NCBI RefSeq assembly: GCF_006345805.1
Contig: NW_021834615.1
Location: forward strand, 7,832-71,831
Source: Octopus sinensis
Lineage: Eukaryota
Length of the DNA stretch: 64,000 nt
Direction of reading: 5' to 3'
The notes under the pieces were generated by a model, which ran no database searches, was not told where the DNA came from, and was given only the letters and a program-made list of their open reading frames with translations. This document shows, piece after piece, positions 1 through 12,704 of the stretch (the first letter of the stretch is position 1; each line of letters starts with the position of its first letter). Made by a program: the position numbers and the translations under genes.

Positions 1-1685
1 GGAGATTGTCCTGAATGCTTCTTCTGCCGGCGACGGCACAGGTTTGTGCCTTGCCGATCAGAGTATTCGCGACCCGCCCCAATCTTTTTGCTAGTACCTT
101 GGCCAAAACCTTCACCTCTGCGTTTAACAGAGTGATGGGCCTAAAGTTGTCTATCTTATCTCCCTTGTTTAGGTCCTTCCTGACCAGAGTCACCACTCCC
201 CTGCGTACAGATCTGGGAATCGACCCATTCTGCTGCCAGTTAGCGTAAACCCTGTCCAGAATTTTCCCAAAGAAGTCTGGCATACTTTTATACAATTCAT
301 AAGGCAAACCATCAAGTCACGGCGCCCTACCAGCTTTACAGTTCGTTATAGCCTCTCTACACTCCTGAGGTGTTATCGGACCCTCACAGCACTCAGCATC
401 CTGCCCCGAGAGAGGCGGCAGCCCGGCAAGGAAGTCCGAAAGGTCCAACCTACCATCCGGTCCATTGCCCCTCCCGAAAAGCTGTACAAAGTGCTCCTGA
501 AAAGCCTGACACATCTCATCGGGTTCGTTCACAATCTCGCCTTGTAGGTTCTCCACAGATCGAATTGTGGAATTATTTCCACATTGGGTTTCCATCACCC
601 GAGCCCATCCAGCGGCATTGAGCCCTCACTTCCCTTGCACGAAGTCTACCCCTGATAATGCATCCCCTGTGTTGGCCTCGAGGTGCTGGTTTAATTCCAG
701 TCTCTTAGCCTTCGCCTCAGCAGCACTACCAGTCAACACTGCTTCCTCTAATTCCTTAACCAGTTCTAGTTCTCTCTTACGCTCTCTCGCCACTAAACCT
801 ATGCTATATCTAACAGACTCAAATTTAATGGCTCTTTTGAGGGCGTACCACCATTTATTATTAATGATGGTACCAGTTAAAGCACTCTGTATCAGTAACT
901 TAATCCGGCTTCTGTACTCTTCGTTCGCCAAATGGGACTTATTGAGTTTCTAGTAACCGGATCCTCTACTCTGTAACTTATCTAGGTTCAGCTTACAAGT
1001 GACCAATTTATGATCACTGTAGCTGACCAAGTGGAATTGTGGACACTTAGCTATGGGTCTATCTGTTTCTCTAATTAGAATCCTATCTATATAGGACTTA
1101 AAAGACCCGTCACCACTTAACCATGTCCACATTGGGGTTTTCGGGAATTCAAGTCTGTATGGATCTACTAGCTGAAAGCGACTTAGTAGATCCCGGAAAC
1201 CGGCATTAGGTATTCTATTTGGGTTCGAGCCAACATTATCCACGCGCGCATCTTGAATAACATTAAAGTCACCTAACAAAACTAATGGGTACGCCGTACC
1301 AAGAAACTTCTCTAGGTCTCGGAAATACTCAGACTGACAATTGTAGGGGGCGTAAATTGCCACCAGTCTGATTTTCTTACCGCAACTTAAAGTCAGGTCG
1401 AAGACGACCAGCCTACCCTCTGGGTCACAAAAAATTAACTTCTTCTCTGAAACCCGGTTTCTTTTTAGTAGGACCAACACCCCACACCCCATCCGCCGGT
1501 GGACCTGGAGAAATAAATTTCTCGTATCCATCCAGGAGTGGGAGCAGTCCTCTTGATCCCTTTAACCGGGTTTCAGTAGCAACAATGACATCCAAATTAT
1601 GTGACATGACGTCGTTTAAGAAGCGACCTTGCTTCCATCCCGCCGTCAGGCCACGCACATTTAAACATCCAACGTGAACTGCCAT
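1..1685 (-). pseudogene. LINE ORF2 (APE endonuclease, linker, start of RT), disrupted
   Basis: Motifs LNVRGL, ATETR, IYAP, LLGDFN, SYIDRI, SDHK, GY*KLN (TGG>TAG at 950-952), RAP*LDGLPYE (stop 317-319), NFRPITLLN and QTCAVAGRRSIQDNL. Frameshift near 1490 and a further stop at 626. Confidence 0.9.
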
Positions 1686-1695
1686 AAGTCTTACC

Positions 1696-2973
1696 TCAAT
1701 TTCTTGTGTCTTCGCTAAAAGGCGGAGGTGGGTCCGCCTCTTTTTCTTTTTCTCGGGCTCGTGGAGTCGTTTTAATTAAGCCAACATCACTCCGATAGTC
1801 ATTTGCTAGAACGTTGTAAGACGTTCTCTCTACGTGGTAGACTTCGAAACCGTCTTTAACGTTTTTGCATCCAGTTCTTTTTAGTTTTTTAAATTGTATT
1901 TGACTCATTAATCTCGAGTTTGAGGTTCGAACCGCCATATATAGAACTTCTTTTTCTCGTATTTCTTTTGTTTTTGATTTTTTGGCTTTTTCATGCCTTC
2001 TTTGAGTTTGCATTTTTGCCAATGATTTAACATTTCTCTTTAATTTCCTTTTGCTACCAGCTCTCTTCCATTCCGCCTCTTCTTTATTTCCGCTCTCATT
2101 TTCTTCTTCTGTACTTTCTTCTTCTGTTTTCCCATTCTCTGTAGTTTCATCTTCCGAGTCTTCTTCAATGTTGTTCTCCTCTTTTTCTTTTTCTTCACCA
2201 CTCTTGCATTCGGACCTAACATGGCCCTTCTTTCCACATTTAAAACATCTGGGTTTTCTACCTTCCACCATGACTTCTAACTTCGTACCCATTGTATCTA
2301 TGACCTCTGGAATTTTTTCTAGGGTCATAGGCTCTGCTTGGATCAGCATTTTTATTGTTTGGCCAAGCCAGACTTTGTCTTCTGTTACTTCCGCAGAAAG
2401 CAGTGTGATTTCTTCCTCTAGGTCATACAGTACTGCCGCCGCTACTAGCCATTCGGCGTCCGCCTCCGGTGGTACACAGCTTATCTTTATTCGGGAGGTT
2501 CTCCTCCCCATATAAAATGGCAACAGTACTACCTCATCCGTTCGCAGCGGCTCCACAGAATACTTTTGCGCCTGTTCCACTGTTGACATCCTCACTTCAA
2601 CAGTTGCATATCTTTTTCCTCTGGCCAAATATGTGATGTTATTCCAAATTGGCCTTAAATATTTTTCTACACTTCTGTCATTGACATAGTTAATTTTTTT
2701 CTTTTCAACATTATATGTTTTGAAAATTACAGTCCTTTCGAGTGCATCTTTAATGATGCTATGAGGAGGGACCACCTTTATTTCGGTCCCTTCTTTTGTT
2801 AACAGCTCTCGGTTTGCCTTCAAATTGGTTGTATCAATTTTCCTTGAGTTTCCTCCGGCGGCAGCCGCAAAGCTCCTTATTGGCTCTTCTAATATCCTTC
2901 TGCTCACTACAGAATCCTTACTGGTACTTGGCACTGGAGATACACTCTCCCTACGCGCGACAGTACCTTCCAT
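1696..2973 (-). CDS. LINE ORF1 gag-like protein (about 425 aa) with a zinc knuckle
   Basis: Open frame from ATG at 2973 (MEGTVARR...) containing CFKCGKKGHVRSEC (CX2CX4HX4C) followed by an acidic/basic low-complexity tail. Confidence 0.85.
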   Translation of the reverse strand: MEGTVARRESVSPVPSTSKDSVVSRRILEEPIRSFAAAAGGNSRKIDTTNLKANRELLTKEGTEIKVVPPHSIIKDALERTVIFKTYNVEKKKINYVNDRSVEKYLRPIWNNITYLARGKRYATVEVRMSTVEQAQKYSVEPLRTDEVVLLPFYMGRRTSRIKISCVPPEADAEWLVAAAVLYDLEEEITLLSAEVTEDKVWLGQTIKMLIQAEPMTLEKIPEVIDTMGTKLEVMVEGRKPRCFKCGKKGHVRSECKSGEEKEKEENNIEEDSEDETTENGKTEEESTEEENESGNKEEAEWKRAGSKRKLKRNVKSLAKMQTQRRHEKAKKSKTKEIREKEVLYMAVRTSNSRLMSQIQFKKLKRTGCKNVKDGFEVYHVERTSYNVLANDYRSDVGLIKTTPRAREKEKEADPPPPFSEDTRN

Positions 2974-3149
2974 TGTGTAAAACACTAATAAATAAAGTAA
3001 AACGTTTCCCCGCAAGGGGAATTAAAACAAATTTTGCTTCAAAACAAGCAATAAATAGTCCCTTTTTTCAAATTATAATAATCGAATTTAACTGTAACAG
3101 ACATAAAATTTTAACATTGTACACTGCATAATAAGCGACATTATTAAGA

Positions 3150-3690
3150 AACATGCGTCTCCATCCGATTCGATAGGAAAATGTTCCACTTTCCAGCCTA
3201 CGTCTTCACATTCCTCAAGGTTTTCATAACGGTTCAATTTTCGAGCCCGAGCGGCGTCCATATTACCTTCATGAGGAACTGTTAGATCGACTATATTTAC
3301 AACTTTCTTTCTTTCACACCACATCAAAATATCTGGTTTTTTCGAAGTAGGATGGGAAAGAAAACCTGGCACCCAGGTAAATCTGCAGTTACCTCTCAAT
3401 AGCCGTTCCACTTTTAATTTCTCTCAGGATGTTTCTTGATCTTTTTCTTGAAACGGATCCGCTGACCTGGTCGCACGATGGTAATGAAATCTCTTGATGG
3501 TACTTTTAACGGTTTTTCCTCAGTGTTGTTGAGATGAATTTGGTTTTTATAGCATTGAAGATAACCTTAAGGACCAAGTTGTGCCTCCATGTGTACCTGT
3601 TCAATGCTAATGAACAGTTGGAAAGAATATGTTTTAGTGTCCCGACCTTTCTACATTTGCAGATGTCATTCTCTAAGATGTTCCATCTTT
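3150..3690 (-). mobile_element. 3' fragment of a restriction-like-endonuclease non-LTR retrotransposon (HERO/R2-group-like)
   Basis: CKCRKVGTLKHILSNC...YTWRHNLVL (CCHC plus RHN) followed by KKPDILMW...IVDLTVPHE...RKLNRYENL...GWKVEHFPIE (PD-(D/E)XK-type REL domain). Confidence 0.75.
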
Positions 3691-4215
3691 GAAACAGGTG
3701 ATATGGGAATGTGCAACATTGACAACAAAACATTTGTAGAGTAAATGCTGGTCTAATTCGACTAAGCAACATGCTATGCGTCCGTTTGGAGTATTTCAGG
3801 CCCTAACCTGTCATGCAAAATTGGAGGTGGGGTTTGTGTGATATTTGAACGCACCGAAAATCTGTCAGTGGATATACTCTCCTTTGCTGCAGTGTGCGCT
3901 GTGTCTAACACGACCCATCATCGGAAATTTTGACACCTCACGTCGGGTTTATTGTCCTACATCACTCATAGAGCAAATTTGGAGGAACTGTGGTTGTTCA
4001 TTCGCGGGTACCACAGTACGAATGATGGCATAGACTTGCCCTTGAACTTTGACGTCGGCGTAAATTCATGTTATTCTATCTCTTAGATTCACCAAACGAT
4101 GTCATTTGAAATGCAGAGTTGTATTGTCTGATATTGTTCAGAAAATCGTTCGACTGGATTGAAGCGCCTTCTAGAAGATTCCTAAGGGGTTGTGATGGTA
4201 GTGTTGGCAATGATA
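3690..4215 (-). mobile_element. Helitron remnant (intron 1 of copy A)
   Basis: Paralogous to 38504-39110; the minus strand encodes the Helitron Rep-associated NIRQYNSAFQMTSFG motif. Confidence 0.6.
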
Positions 4216-4317
4216 CCTGTCCGAATATGTTGTCATCTATTGCATTGTTTTAAGTTCTAAACGATAATAAATACTCTGAAGTTCTATTTATATGATGCTA
4301 TTTCTATTTTTTCACAG

Positions 4318-4369
4318 AACCGTTTCATCTCCAAGAAATCATTCGACGATAAACCTGATGACCCACCAA
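4318..4369 (+). CDS. Array gene exon 2, copy A1 (NRFISKKSFDDKPDDPP-K)
   Basis: Polypyrimidine-cacag acceptor and gtaag donor, 52 nt, phase 0 to phase 1; conserved in all copies. Confidence 0.75.
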
Positions 4370-4619
4370 GTAAGAACTAATTTTATAGCTACAGTCTTTC
4401 ATCCCGTGTCTCCTTAACCAATGATTTATAATTTCACCAACTTTGAATTAATTCCACATTACTATCCACATGTCCACAATAGTATATACTTAGACACTTG
4501 CCTGAATTTATTTCAAACTATATTCTCCTTTACAATAAGTTCCTGAATAAAATGTTACTCTAATATACAATGCTATTTATTGTGTGTATATGAGTATATA
4601 TGCAGTACTATGTCTAGAA

Positions 4620-6245
4620 TTGTACCAAGAAGCATGTCGTCTACAAATAACAGTCGACCGATCAGGCAGAAATGAATTGGATACCTCTACCTCTACCACA
4701 ATGGCTGAGCATATTCAAACAGATCACAAAAAAGAATGTGAGAAGGGGCACTAACAATGCGCAGCGCACTTCAACTAAGTAAAACCTTCACGTTGAAAAC
4801 TTTCGACTTTTAAATAAATACCAACATTTGAACATCCATATAAGTACTTTATGGCAACCAGTATTTGCCCATTAAACTCACCTTCCTGGTAAACCATCCA
4901 CAACATGACCCAGGGCACGTGATCGTGTGCCTTTTCGTGGTTTACAGTGTATTCCTCTTGGAAATGCTTCAACGTTTGCTGGAAGATCTGTCTTTGAACG
5001 AACCTCTAGTCGGATGTACTGCGCCCGGACAGTAATCTTGGGCACGACAATTTCCCTACATATCTTTTCCTGACATCTAGTGTAGACTTTTCTATAATTA
5101 GAACACACTCATTGGTCTCTGTTTGAAGAAAAAATGGGATTGTCGCCTCTTATTACCATTGCCTTGGTGTGTTTTCCAGAGGTCCCATCCACCTACCATA
5201 CATGGGTCACTTAGAGAATACCATCTGTATTTAATGTTTCTAAAATATCAAGCCGAACGTGCTTTTCACCAGCAGCTTTATCACTTTTAAGTGAGTTTAG
5301 CTCAAATAAGCGTTCAACCGAAGAAGAACCTGCCGAAAAATATAATACATTCACGAATCCATTTCGATGTCCAACTTCATTCAGGCGAGTCACTCTCAAT
5401 TTGGATGCAAATATCTCCACATTTTTGTTTCTGATCCCAGCATCCACTGCGTCTTCCAAATGTATTCTGTAGGTCGCACTGGACTTACCAATTTCCAGTG
5501 TTCGGCTGACTGTAGAATTTTCAGGTTTTCAGACATTTAATTAGTGACGAGTTGACAACTCCACCCCTTCCTTTTACCCGAACGTTCAGCAAAGAGTGAA
5601 AGATGACCGAAATCTATCAGAAACCTCTGTCACCAAGTATTTCTATACTAGGCACCCTTATAAATATCCCTGTCTTAAAATAATATCTATAACATGGAGT
5701 GGAAAGTGTGTATCCTGCACAGAAGGCTGCTATGACCTCTCCATTAAGTTCACTGACGACATTACTTCCAATCAATCCTTCTCACGGTTATCAGTGCCAA
5801 GGTGTGCACTGCAGTCTCCTTGCGGGACAAATGACTTTACCCCAAATATATCTAAAGATGAGGTGAATTTGCTTAGGAAGGATTTGTATTGGACCCAGCT
5901 GTTTGCTGCACATACTTTCAACAGCCACAGTGGTCCTTCATATTCAGCTTTAGCTTCAAGAGGTGAACCCTCACTTAGTAGGTTTCACTCCATAATACAA
6001 TCGGAAAGCAGGGGATTGAGAGTGTCCTAATCCCACCAGTGCAGACATTGTTGGCACTAGAGTTGCTTAGTGGAGTTCAAAGCCTATATCCATGTGTACG
6101 CTATCGGAGAAAGGAAATTTTGTAGAGGAGACACCGATTATATCTTACAGGCAGATTATATTTAACAATTTTGACGTTTTAATTCTCAATTATTAAAGGT
6201 TCCCTTCTTGATCTGCCTTGGTGTCCTGAGACCGTCAATATTGTG
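4620..6245 (-). mobile_element. Degenerate RTE-like LINE remnant in intron 2 (copy A1)
   Basis: Broken minus-strand frames with LNSLKSDKAAGE, KAHDHVPW..LW and LYG. The LLFADD RT motif is seen in the paralogue near 39730-39750. Confidence 0.65.
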
Positions 6246-6250
6246 CTCTC

Positions 6251-6300
6251 ATCAAAAACGGTAAGTCATGGATTTTGTGTTAACATATGTATGTCTGTAT
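6251..6300 (+). pseudogene. Orphan 3' tip of exon 1 with its splice donor (deletion junction)
   Basis: atcaaaaacg|gtaagtcatggattttgtgttaa matches the exon-1 end and intron-1 start at 31181-31213, but is fused to intron-2 sequence upstream. Confidence 0.8.
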
Positions 6301-6378
6301 GCATGTATTTATTTAGGTATGTATGTGTGCTTGTGTGTAAGTATGTGTGAGTATGGATTGGTAGATTTGCGGATAGAA

Positions 6379-6384
<6 letters not shown>

Positions 6385-6409
<25 letters not shown>

Positions 6410-6461
6410 AAGATAGATAGATAGATAGATGGATAGCGATATGGATAGATAGATAGATTGG

Positions 6462-6550
<89 letters not shown>
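6385..6550. repeat. (GACA)n/(GATA)n microsatellite
   Basis: Read directly from the sequence. Confidence 0.95.
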
Positions 6551-6577
6551 TGATTGATATAGAAATACCTGTCAATC

Positions 6578-7150
6578 TATTCGGTTGTCCAGAAATTTAT
6601 TGCTGATATATGGTAGCTTTAATTTCGACTTATTTTAGAACATGGTTGAGTTCATAAAATAGAATTTAACTCCACCTCCATTTAGAGCGCAGTTTAAGCT
6701 ATCTTTTCGTGTAAGAAGTTTTATGTTCCTATAACCGGTGTTAATTTTGTAACACTTTAAAATGCAGGATAAGAAAGTTCATTTTCGGCACTTGATGCTT
6801 TGGGAGCAAGACAAAAATTGCTGCAGCTCGGCTGGTATGTGTTACTCTCCATCCCTCCATATTCACCAGATATTGCACCTTCGGATTTTCCACTTATTCA
6901 GGCCTCTGCAGAATAGTCTTAATGGTAAAAATTTTAATTCCTTGAATGACGTAAAAAGATACCTCGATGAATTCTTTGCCATGAAACCACCTCAACTCTG
7001 AAAGAGGGTATTTTCAAGTTAAAGGAAAGATGGAGAAGCATAGTTTTACAAAATGGTTCATATTTGGTTGTTTAAAAATATAATGGCAAGTATTTATTGG
7101 CCCTTTATTTTCCTTTAAAAATCGGCACGAGCTTTCCAGGCAACCCAATA
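6578..7150 (+). mobile_element. Internally deleted mariner (Tc1/mariner) DNA transposon
   Basis: Imperfect TIRs (tattcggttgtccagaaa ... tttccaggcaacccaata). Transposase N-terminus MQDKKVHFRHLMLWE is joined to C-terminal PYSPDIAPSDF-HLFRPLQNSL...GIFKLKERW. Confidence 0.85.
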
Positions 7151-8081
7151 TAAATACATATATATATATATGTATATATGTATACATATATATATACATA
7201 TATATATATGTAAACACATACACACAAACATATGTTATATATATGTAAAAACATATATATATATATATATATATAATATCAACACACACACATATATATA
7301 TATATATAAATTTTTATACACTTACATATATACATCTACATATACACACTATATTTAAGGAGTGAATAACCAGTTTATATAGCACCCGTGTACAAAATAT
7401 CTAATTCTCATCCCTTTCGTATGCAGTCAATTTATAACCTACTATATATGTTCCCAAACATTTTTATTACAAACTTTTGTGATATTCCATTGAACCTCAA
7501 ATGATATATTGACATTCGAGCTTCAATCCGGAATATTATTCACCAGTGCTAGAAATGCCCGACACTTTAGTGATCATGATGGATAACTATACTAAACAAT
7601 ATCAAGGCAATTGAGCTTTTGCATCAATTCAAACTACTTTTAAATATTGCATCATATTGCCTTGACAGTTTCTCCTAAGGAGAAAAGTCCTACAGTGGAT
7701 TAGGACGCCGTACATGAAAGGTTGGCGTCGGGCATTCTTGTACGTCAGCAGAATGCGCAAGTCTACGTTGCTAGTAATCTTCAAACTACCAGCGAATTTA
7801 GATAGCAAAATTAGTCTACTCTTGACAATGAACAGGGATATTAGCTGTTTATATAATGTGTATGCTTTGCCATATACAAGCATGAAATACTGAAATACCA
7901 GATTTACAGAAAGGCATGCAGTTCCAGCAAACCTCCAAGATGTAACACGATATAATAGATTTGGTGGAATGGACAATGTCGACATCACCCACATCTTCAT
8001 AAAATGCTGTCCGAAAATGTTGTCATATATTGCATTTTTTTCAGTTCTAAACGATAATAAATACTCTCTATTTTTCCACAG

Positions 8082-8133
8082 AACCGTGTCATCTCCAAGA
8101 AATCTTGCGACGATAAATCTGATGACCCCCCAA
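8082..8133 (+). CDS. Array gene exon 2, copy A2 (NRVISKKSCDDKSDDPP-K)
   Basis: ttttccacag acceptor and gtaag donor, 52 nt; a diverged paralogue of 4318-4369. Confidence 0.7.
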
Positions 8134-8454
8134 GTAAGAACTAATTTTATATTGTATAAGACAATAACTTTGAAGAAATGTTCAGGAATGAGATTAAATA
8201 TTATAAAGTATCCAGCTTCCAGTTCTACAGTGTTTAGCTAAAGTCATTCACCCGTGTCTCTTTAACGATTTATAATTTCACCAAAGTTGAATTGTCTCTA
8301 CATTATTATCCATATTTCTTCAGTAATATATACTAAGACACTAGTCTAAATTTCTTTAAAATACATTTTTCTTTACAATAATTTCTTTAATAAAATTTTA
8401 CTCTGTTATACTATGACATTAATTGTGTGTATATGAGTGTGTATGTGTGTGTGT

Positions 8455-10150
8455 GCAGCGCTATGTCGATAAGTGTACCAACTATTATTCGTCTGAGAAT
8501 CGAATGCCCGACGTAGCGTTTATATCTAGAATTTAGCAATTTGCTCAGTCTTGTGCTTCCAATCACTCGTGAATAGATTACCGAAGTAACGATGTTCCAC
8601 TTTCCTGCAGAGTGTGTGTTCATCACTGCCTTGGAGCACTCGGCAGCCAACTTATTCAATACATGTCGTAAGTGATCATGACTTGAGTCAGATAGCTGCA
8701 TGTCGTCTGCAAATAGCAGTCGACCAACCCCATACAGACGAAATGAGATACTTCTTCTAAAATGGCTGAGCCTTGCTCAACCAGATCATAAGAAATGCGA
8801 GAAGAAGCCCTAACAATGCGTTCTTCTATTGAAGTCCAAACTCCATGTTGAAAACATTCGGCTTTTGCACAAATACAAACATTTGGACATCCGTACGAGT
8901 ATTTTACGGTAAAAAGTATTTGCCCAATAATCTCACCTTCCTGGTAAACCATCCGCAACATGCCCCACGGCACGTGGTCTACAGCGTATTCCCCTTGGAA
9001 TTATTTCAACGTTTTCTCGAAGATCTGCCTTTGAACGAATATCTGGTCGGGTGTACTGTATCCAGGACAGTAATCTTGGGCGCGACCATTTCCCACGTAT
9101 CTTTTCTAGACATGTAGTGTAGACTTTGTCTTAAAAAATCTGTGATTATTACCCCGGATTGACATTGCCCTCGTGTTTTCCCTGATGCCCCATTCCACCT
9201 AGCATACATGGGTCACTCAAGGAATACCCTGAGTATTTAAGGGTTTTAAATTATCAAGACGAACGTATTTCTCTCCAGCAGCTTTATCACTTTTCAGTGA
9301 CATTAGTTCGAAAAAAATGATACAATCACTAATCGATTTCGATGCCCAAGTTTATTCATGTGGGTCTCTCTCAATTTGGATGCAATATTATCCACAATTT
9401 TGTTTCTTATTCCATCATCCACTACTGCTTTCAACTTTATTCTGAAGGTCGCACTGGACTTACCAAGTTACTAGGTTCTCCCAACTGTAGGCAACTTCCG
9501 GTTTCAGAGATCTTGGTAGTGGTCAGTTGACAACTCTCTCCACTCCTTTTACCCGAACGTCCATCACAGACTCAAGGATGACTTAGACGACAACAACATC
9601 TATCAAGAATTTCTGTCACTAAGCATTTCTATTCCAAGTACCTTTATAAACAACCATGTCTTAAAACGATATCTATATCATTGAGAGTCCAGAAGACTAG
9701 TATGGCCACCACATTAAGGTGTGTGACGCCATTCCACCCAATCAATACTCTTGTGGTTATCAGCGCCAAAATGTTCACGGAAGTCTCCTTGTAAGACAAA
9801 TGACTTTACCCCAAATATATCTAAAGCTGCAGTGAATTTGTTAAGGAAGCATTTGTATTTGAACTCGCTATTGGGTGCATTTACTTCCAGCAGCTACACC
9901 ACTCCTTCATTCTGCTTGAGCTTCAGGAGGTATCCCTTAATACCTAGTGGGATTCACTTCATAATCCAATCCGAAAGCCAGGGATTGTGAGTATCCCACT
10001 TCCGCCTGTGCGGACATAGTTGGCACCACACCTGCACGGTGGAGTTTCCAACCTACTTCCAAGTGTGCGCCTCCGAAGCAATGAAGCTTTCTTGAGGAGA
10101 CTGATTATATATAACAGGCAGCGTTTTATCTCGTCCGGTTTTGACAGTCT
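8455..10150 (-). mobile_element. Degenerate RTE-like LINE remnant in intron 2 (copy A2)
   Basis: More diverged paralogue of 4620-6245 (PWGMLRMVYQEGE...YG). Confidence 0.6.
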
Positions 10151-10842
10151 AATTCTCAATTATGAACGGATGATCCCTTCTAGACCGGCTTCGGGGACAT
10201 GGAACACACATATTTTGTTTTCCCTTCCCATGCATCCCACATTGAGTTGGGTGGAGACTGCAAAATATTTCCCAAATGGACTCCTTCATCCAAGATCCGG
10301 ACGCAAATGCTGTTATCCCTCTCGATGAATGACGCGTTATGGCTATTCCTTCGAGCCCATTGCATATTGAGGCTATGATGGCCTGATTCGCGCCAAGCAC
10401 CAACCTGATATTTGTAATTGACCAATCAGGTTGCAAGAATTGATAATATGGCCTACATATCTATAAAACAAGAACTTTATCATTATTATGGTCACAAATA
10501 TATATATATACTCACATCCAAGTTCAACTACAAAGCAAACATCCGTTCATAAGGGAGCCAAATACACATTCTGATATTCTGAGATTAATCTCTCAAATCG
10601 TTGACATCAACGTCAACAACAGGCTCAATCAGAGACAAATGACTTATTTTCTTCGTTTAAAATTTATTCTTAGCGAATCATTTACTTCTTTCATTCTGAT
10701 TTTCATTCATTTACTCATTCTTTCACTCTTAAATTCTAAATTTCTCTCCTCTCTATCAATTCCTTCCAAGCCAACAACTTCCTTTGTATAGGATTCAAGA
10801 ATTCTTTCGTTTAAACTACATTATTTCATTTTAATTTCACAG

Positions 10843-10917
10843 AACCCGGTCTCGGATCATTGTATACCCGGTGGGGCAGAACTACTTGTCATACTAATTC
10901 AAGCCTTGTATATGACG
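10843..10917 (+). CDS. Array gene exon 3, copy A (PGLGSLYTRWGRTTCHTNSSLVYD-G)
   Basis: ttcacag acceptor and gttagt donor, 75 nt, phase 1-1. YTRWGR..C...LVYxG is the N-terminal signature of short-chain collagen C4-like domains. Confidence 0.9.
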
Positions 10918-11049
10918 GTTAGTATAAACTACACTTCTGTTCTCTCTCTCTCTTATCTTTCTTTTCTTCTTTTCTTCTCTTTTATATTCCTTCATTTTCT
11001 CTTTCTGTCGTTCCTCTCTCTCACGCACACACACTCAAGCAAATCATTT

Positions 11050-12130
11050 GATATATCACGTTTGCAACGATACATATAGACCCTATAGTGACTGCATGAA
11101 TCTGCTCACTACTTTGTAGGTAATTGTTCAAATCAGAATTTTAAATGTTGTCTACTACGGACCAAGTGAAAAGGTTGTTGTCTAACCACAGAATATAGAT
11201 ATCTCTACGCTAAATTACAGACAGGGGCTGGACTGAAAACCACCATGGCGATCAAGAATTTCAGGCTGACCAGCTTTGGATTGTAGATATCAAATACCGA
11301 GGCTGCTAACTGGTGATCAAGTGTACAGGCTACGGATGGTGGTATTGTACGTGAGTGACCAGAGCTGAAAAGTGGCCACTTGACTATCTATAACTAGAGT
11401 GCCCAATGATCGTAGGTGTGGACTAAATTGAAAAGAGTCTCTTAGAATTGATGACAGTGACTGTAAATGGTTAATGGAATGAAAGCAGAATGTAGAATGA
11501 GGGCTGGACAAGCCACATACAGTCACTAATGGAAAAAGCTAAGGACTTTATTCATTAAGCAAAATAGAGAGAGACTAAATTTTAGTGAGAGAACACAACA
11601 GAGTACAGAATGCACTTCTATTCTTCTCTGCCTCACCGAAATCGTCCTATCGCTAAAACCTTGCTCTTTTCATGCACCACATCACCTCATTAATTATCCA
11701 GTATATCTTTGTAAGGTAATTCCGAAACTTCCAATTCAAAAGTGCTGCTACAAACTGCGTCCCCAATCAACCTCACAATCCCTAAAAGTGCTCCGAATCT
11801 TCTCTCTATAAACACTACACGTATCGTTTATCGGTCGCCCACGTCACCGTCCATTCATCTTAAGCACAACGCCATCCCTGAACCTCACAATTTTTCCTCC
11901 CACCTCGTTTCTGTGTATTGCATGAAAAAAAGTCTGTGATCATAACGTCTTTGTAAGCCTTATTCGTCCGAGTCTAAACGAGAGGTTTACCCACTGACTC
12001 TCGTATGATCGACTAAACAATATTTCATCGACGGTTACCCACCACGTCTCTGCATCTCGTCGTCTCCCGTATTGTCCTACTCAAACCTCCTACAATATCC
12101 ACAGCCCAAAATATCCCCGTTCACACGCTA
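11050..12130 (-). mobile_element. Highly decayed LINE-like RT remnant in intron 3 (also about 22650-23470, 42190-42870, 57770-58850)
   Basis: Block shared by all copies. The copy-D frame RAISVR...VLTGFPQWYLVPP resembles the RT GVPQGS region; similarity is weak. Confidence 0.35.
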
Positions 12131-12307
12131 ATATCGTTTCAATTTTCGATAAACACGAGTGCATGCGTTATAAAATATCTTTCTTTTTCTCCATCTATTG
12201 ACATCCACCGAAAAACACCTACCCCATGCAAACGTACAAAATAATCCGAGACGTATCCACAAATACTTGCCCGTATACACACAACATATATATTTAAATA
12301 TATATAT

Positions 12308-12433
<126 letters not shown>

Positions 12434-12438
12434 AATAT

Positions 12439-12469
<31 letters not shown>

Positions 12470-12704
12470 CTATATATATATATGTATACATATGATGAGA
12501 TGGTTAATGTACAGCTACGATCTGAAGCATTTAGCCACACACAGCTTACACTAAGATAAACACTAATATATATACACCACAATTCGTTCACACGTGACTA
12601 AACACGACTCATTTTAAGGGTCAAATTGTAATGAATGTTTCCGTTATTTCATATATAACTTTGCTTAATATCTTTTTTATATGATTTATTCTTACCAATT
12701 CTAG

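Larger units (their letters stand above)
1..3130 (-). mobile_element. Tx1/L1-type non-LTR retrotransposon (5' part; runs off the window start), lying in intron-1-type sequence of array copy A
   Basis: ORF1 with a CCHC knuckle followed 10 nt later by an APE-endonuclease/RT ORF2 with the L1/Tx1 GYWKLN linker motif. The 5' boundary is approximate. Confidence 0.9.

Noticed and set aside
2051-2515. Ser/Phe-rich plus-strand ORF
   Set aside because: Antisense shadow of the Glu/Lys-rich part of LINE ORF1.
4350-4375. CTGATGA in exon 2 as a hammerhead core
   Set aside because: No downstream GAAA/UH with pairing stems; it simply encodes Pro-Asp-Asp.
7355-8020. Unique segment in copy A2 intron 1 with ORF 7629-8000
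   Set aside because: No recognisable motif or termini by eye; probably a decayed repeat, left uncalled.
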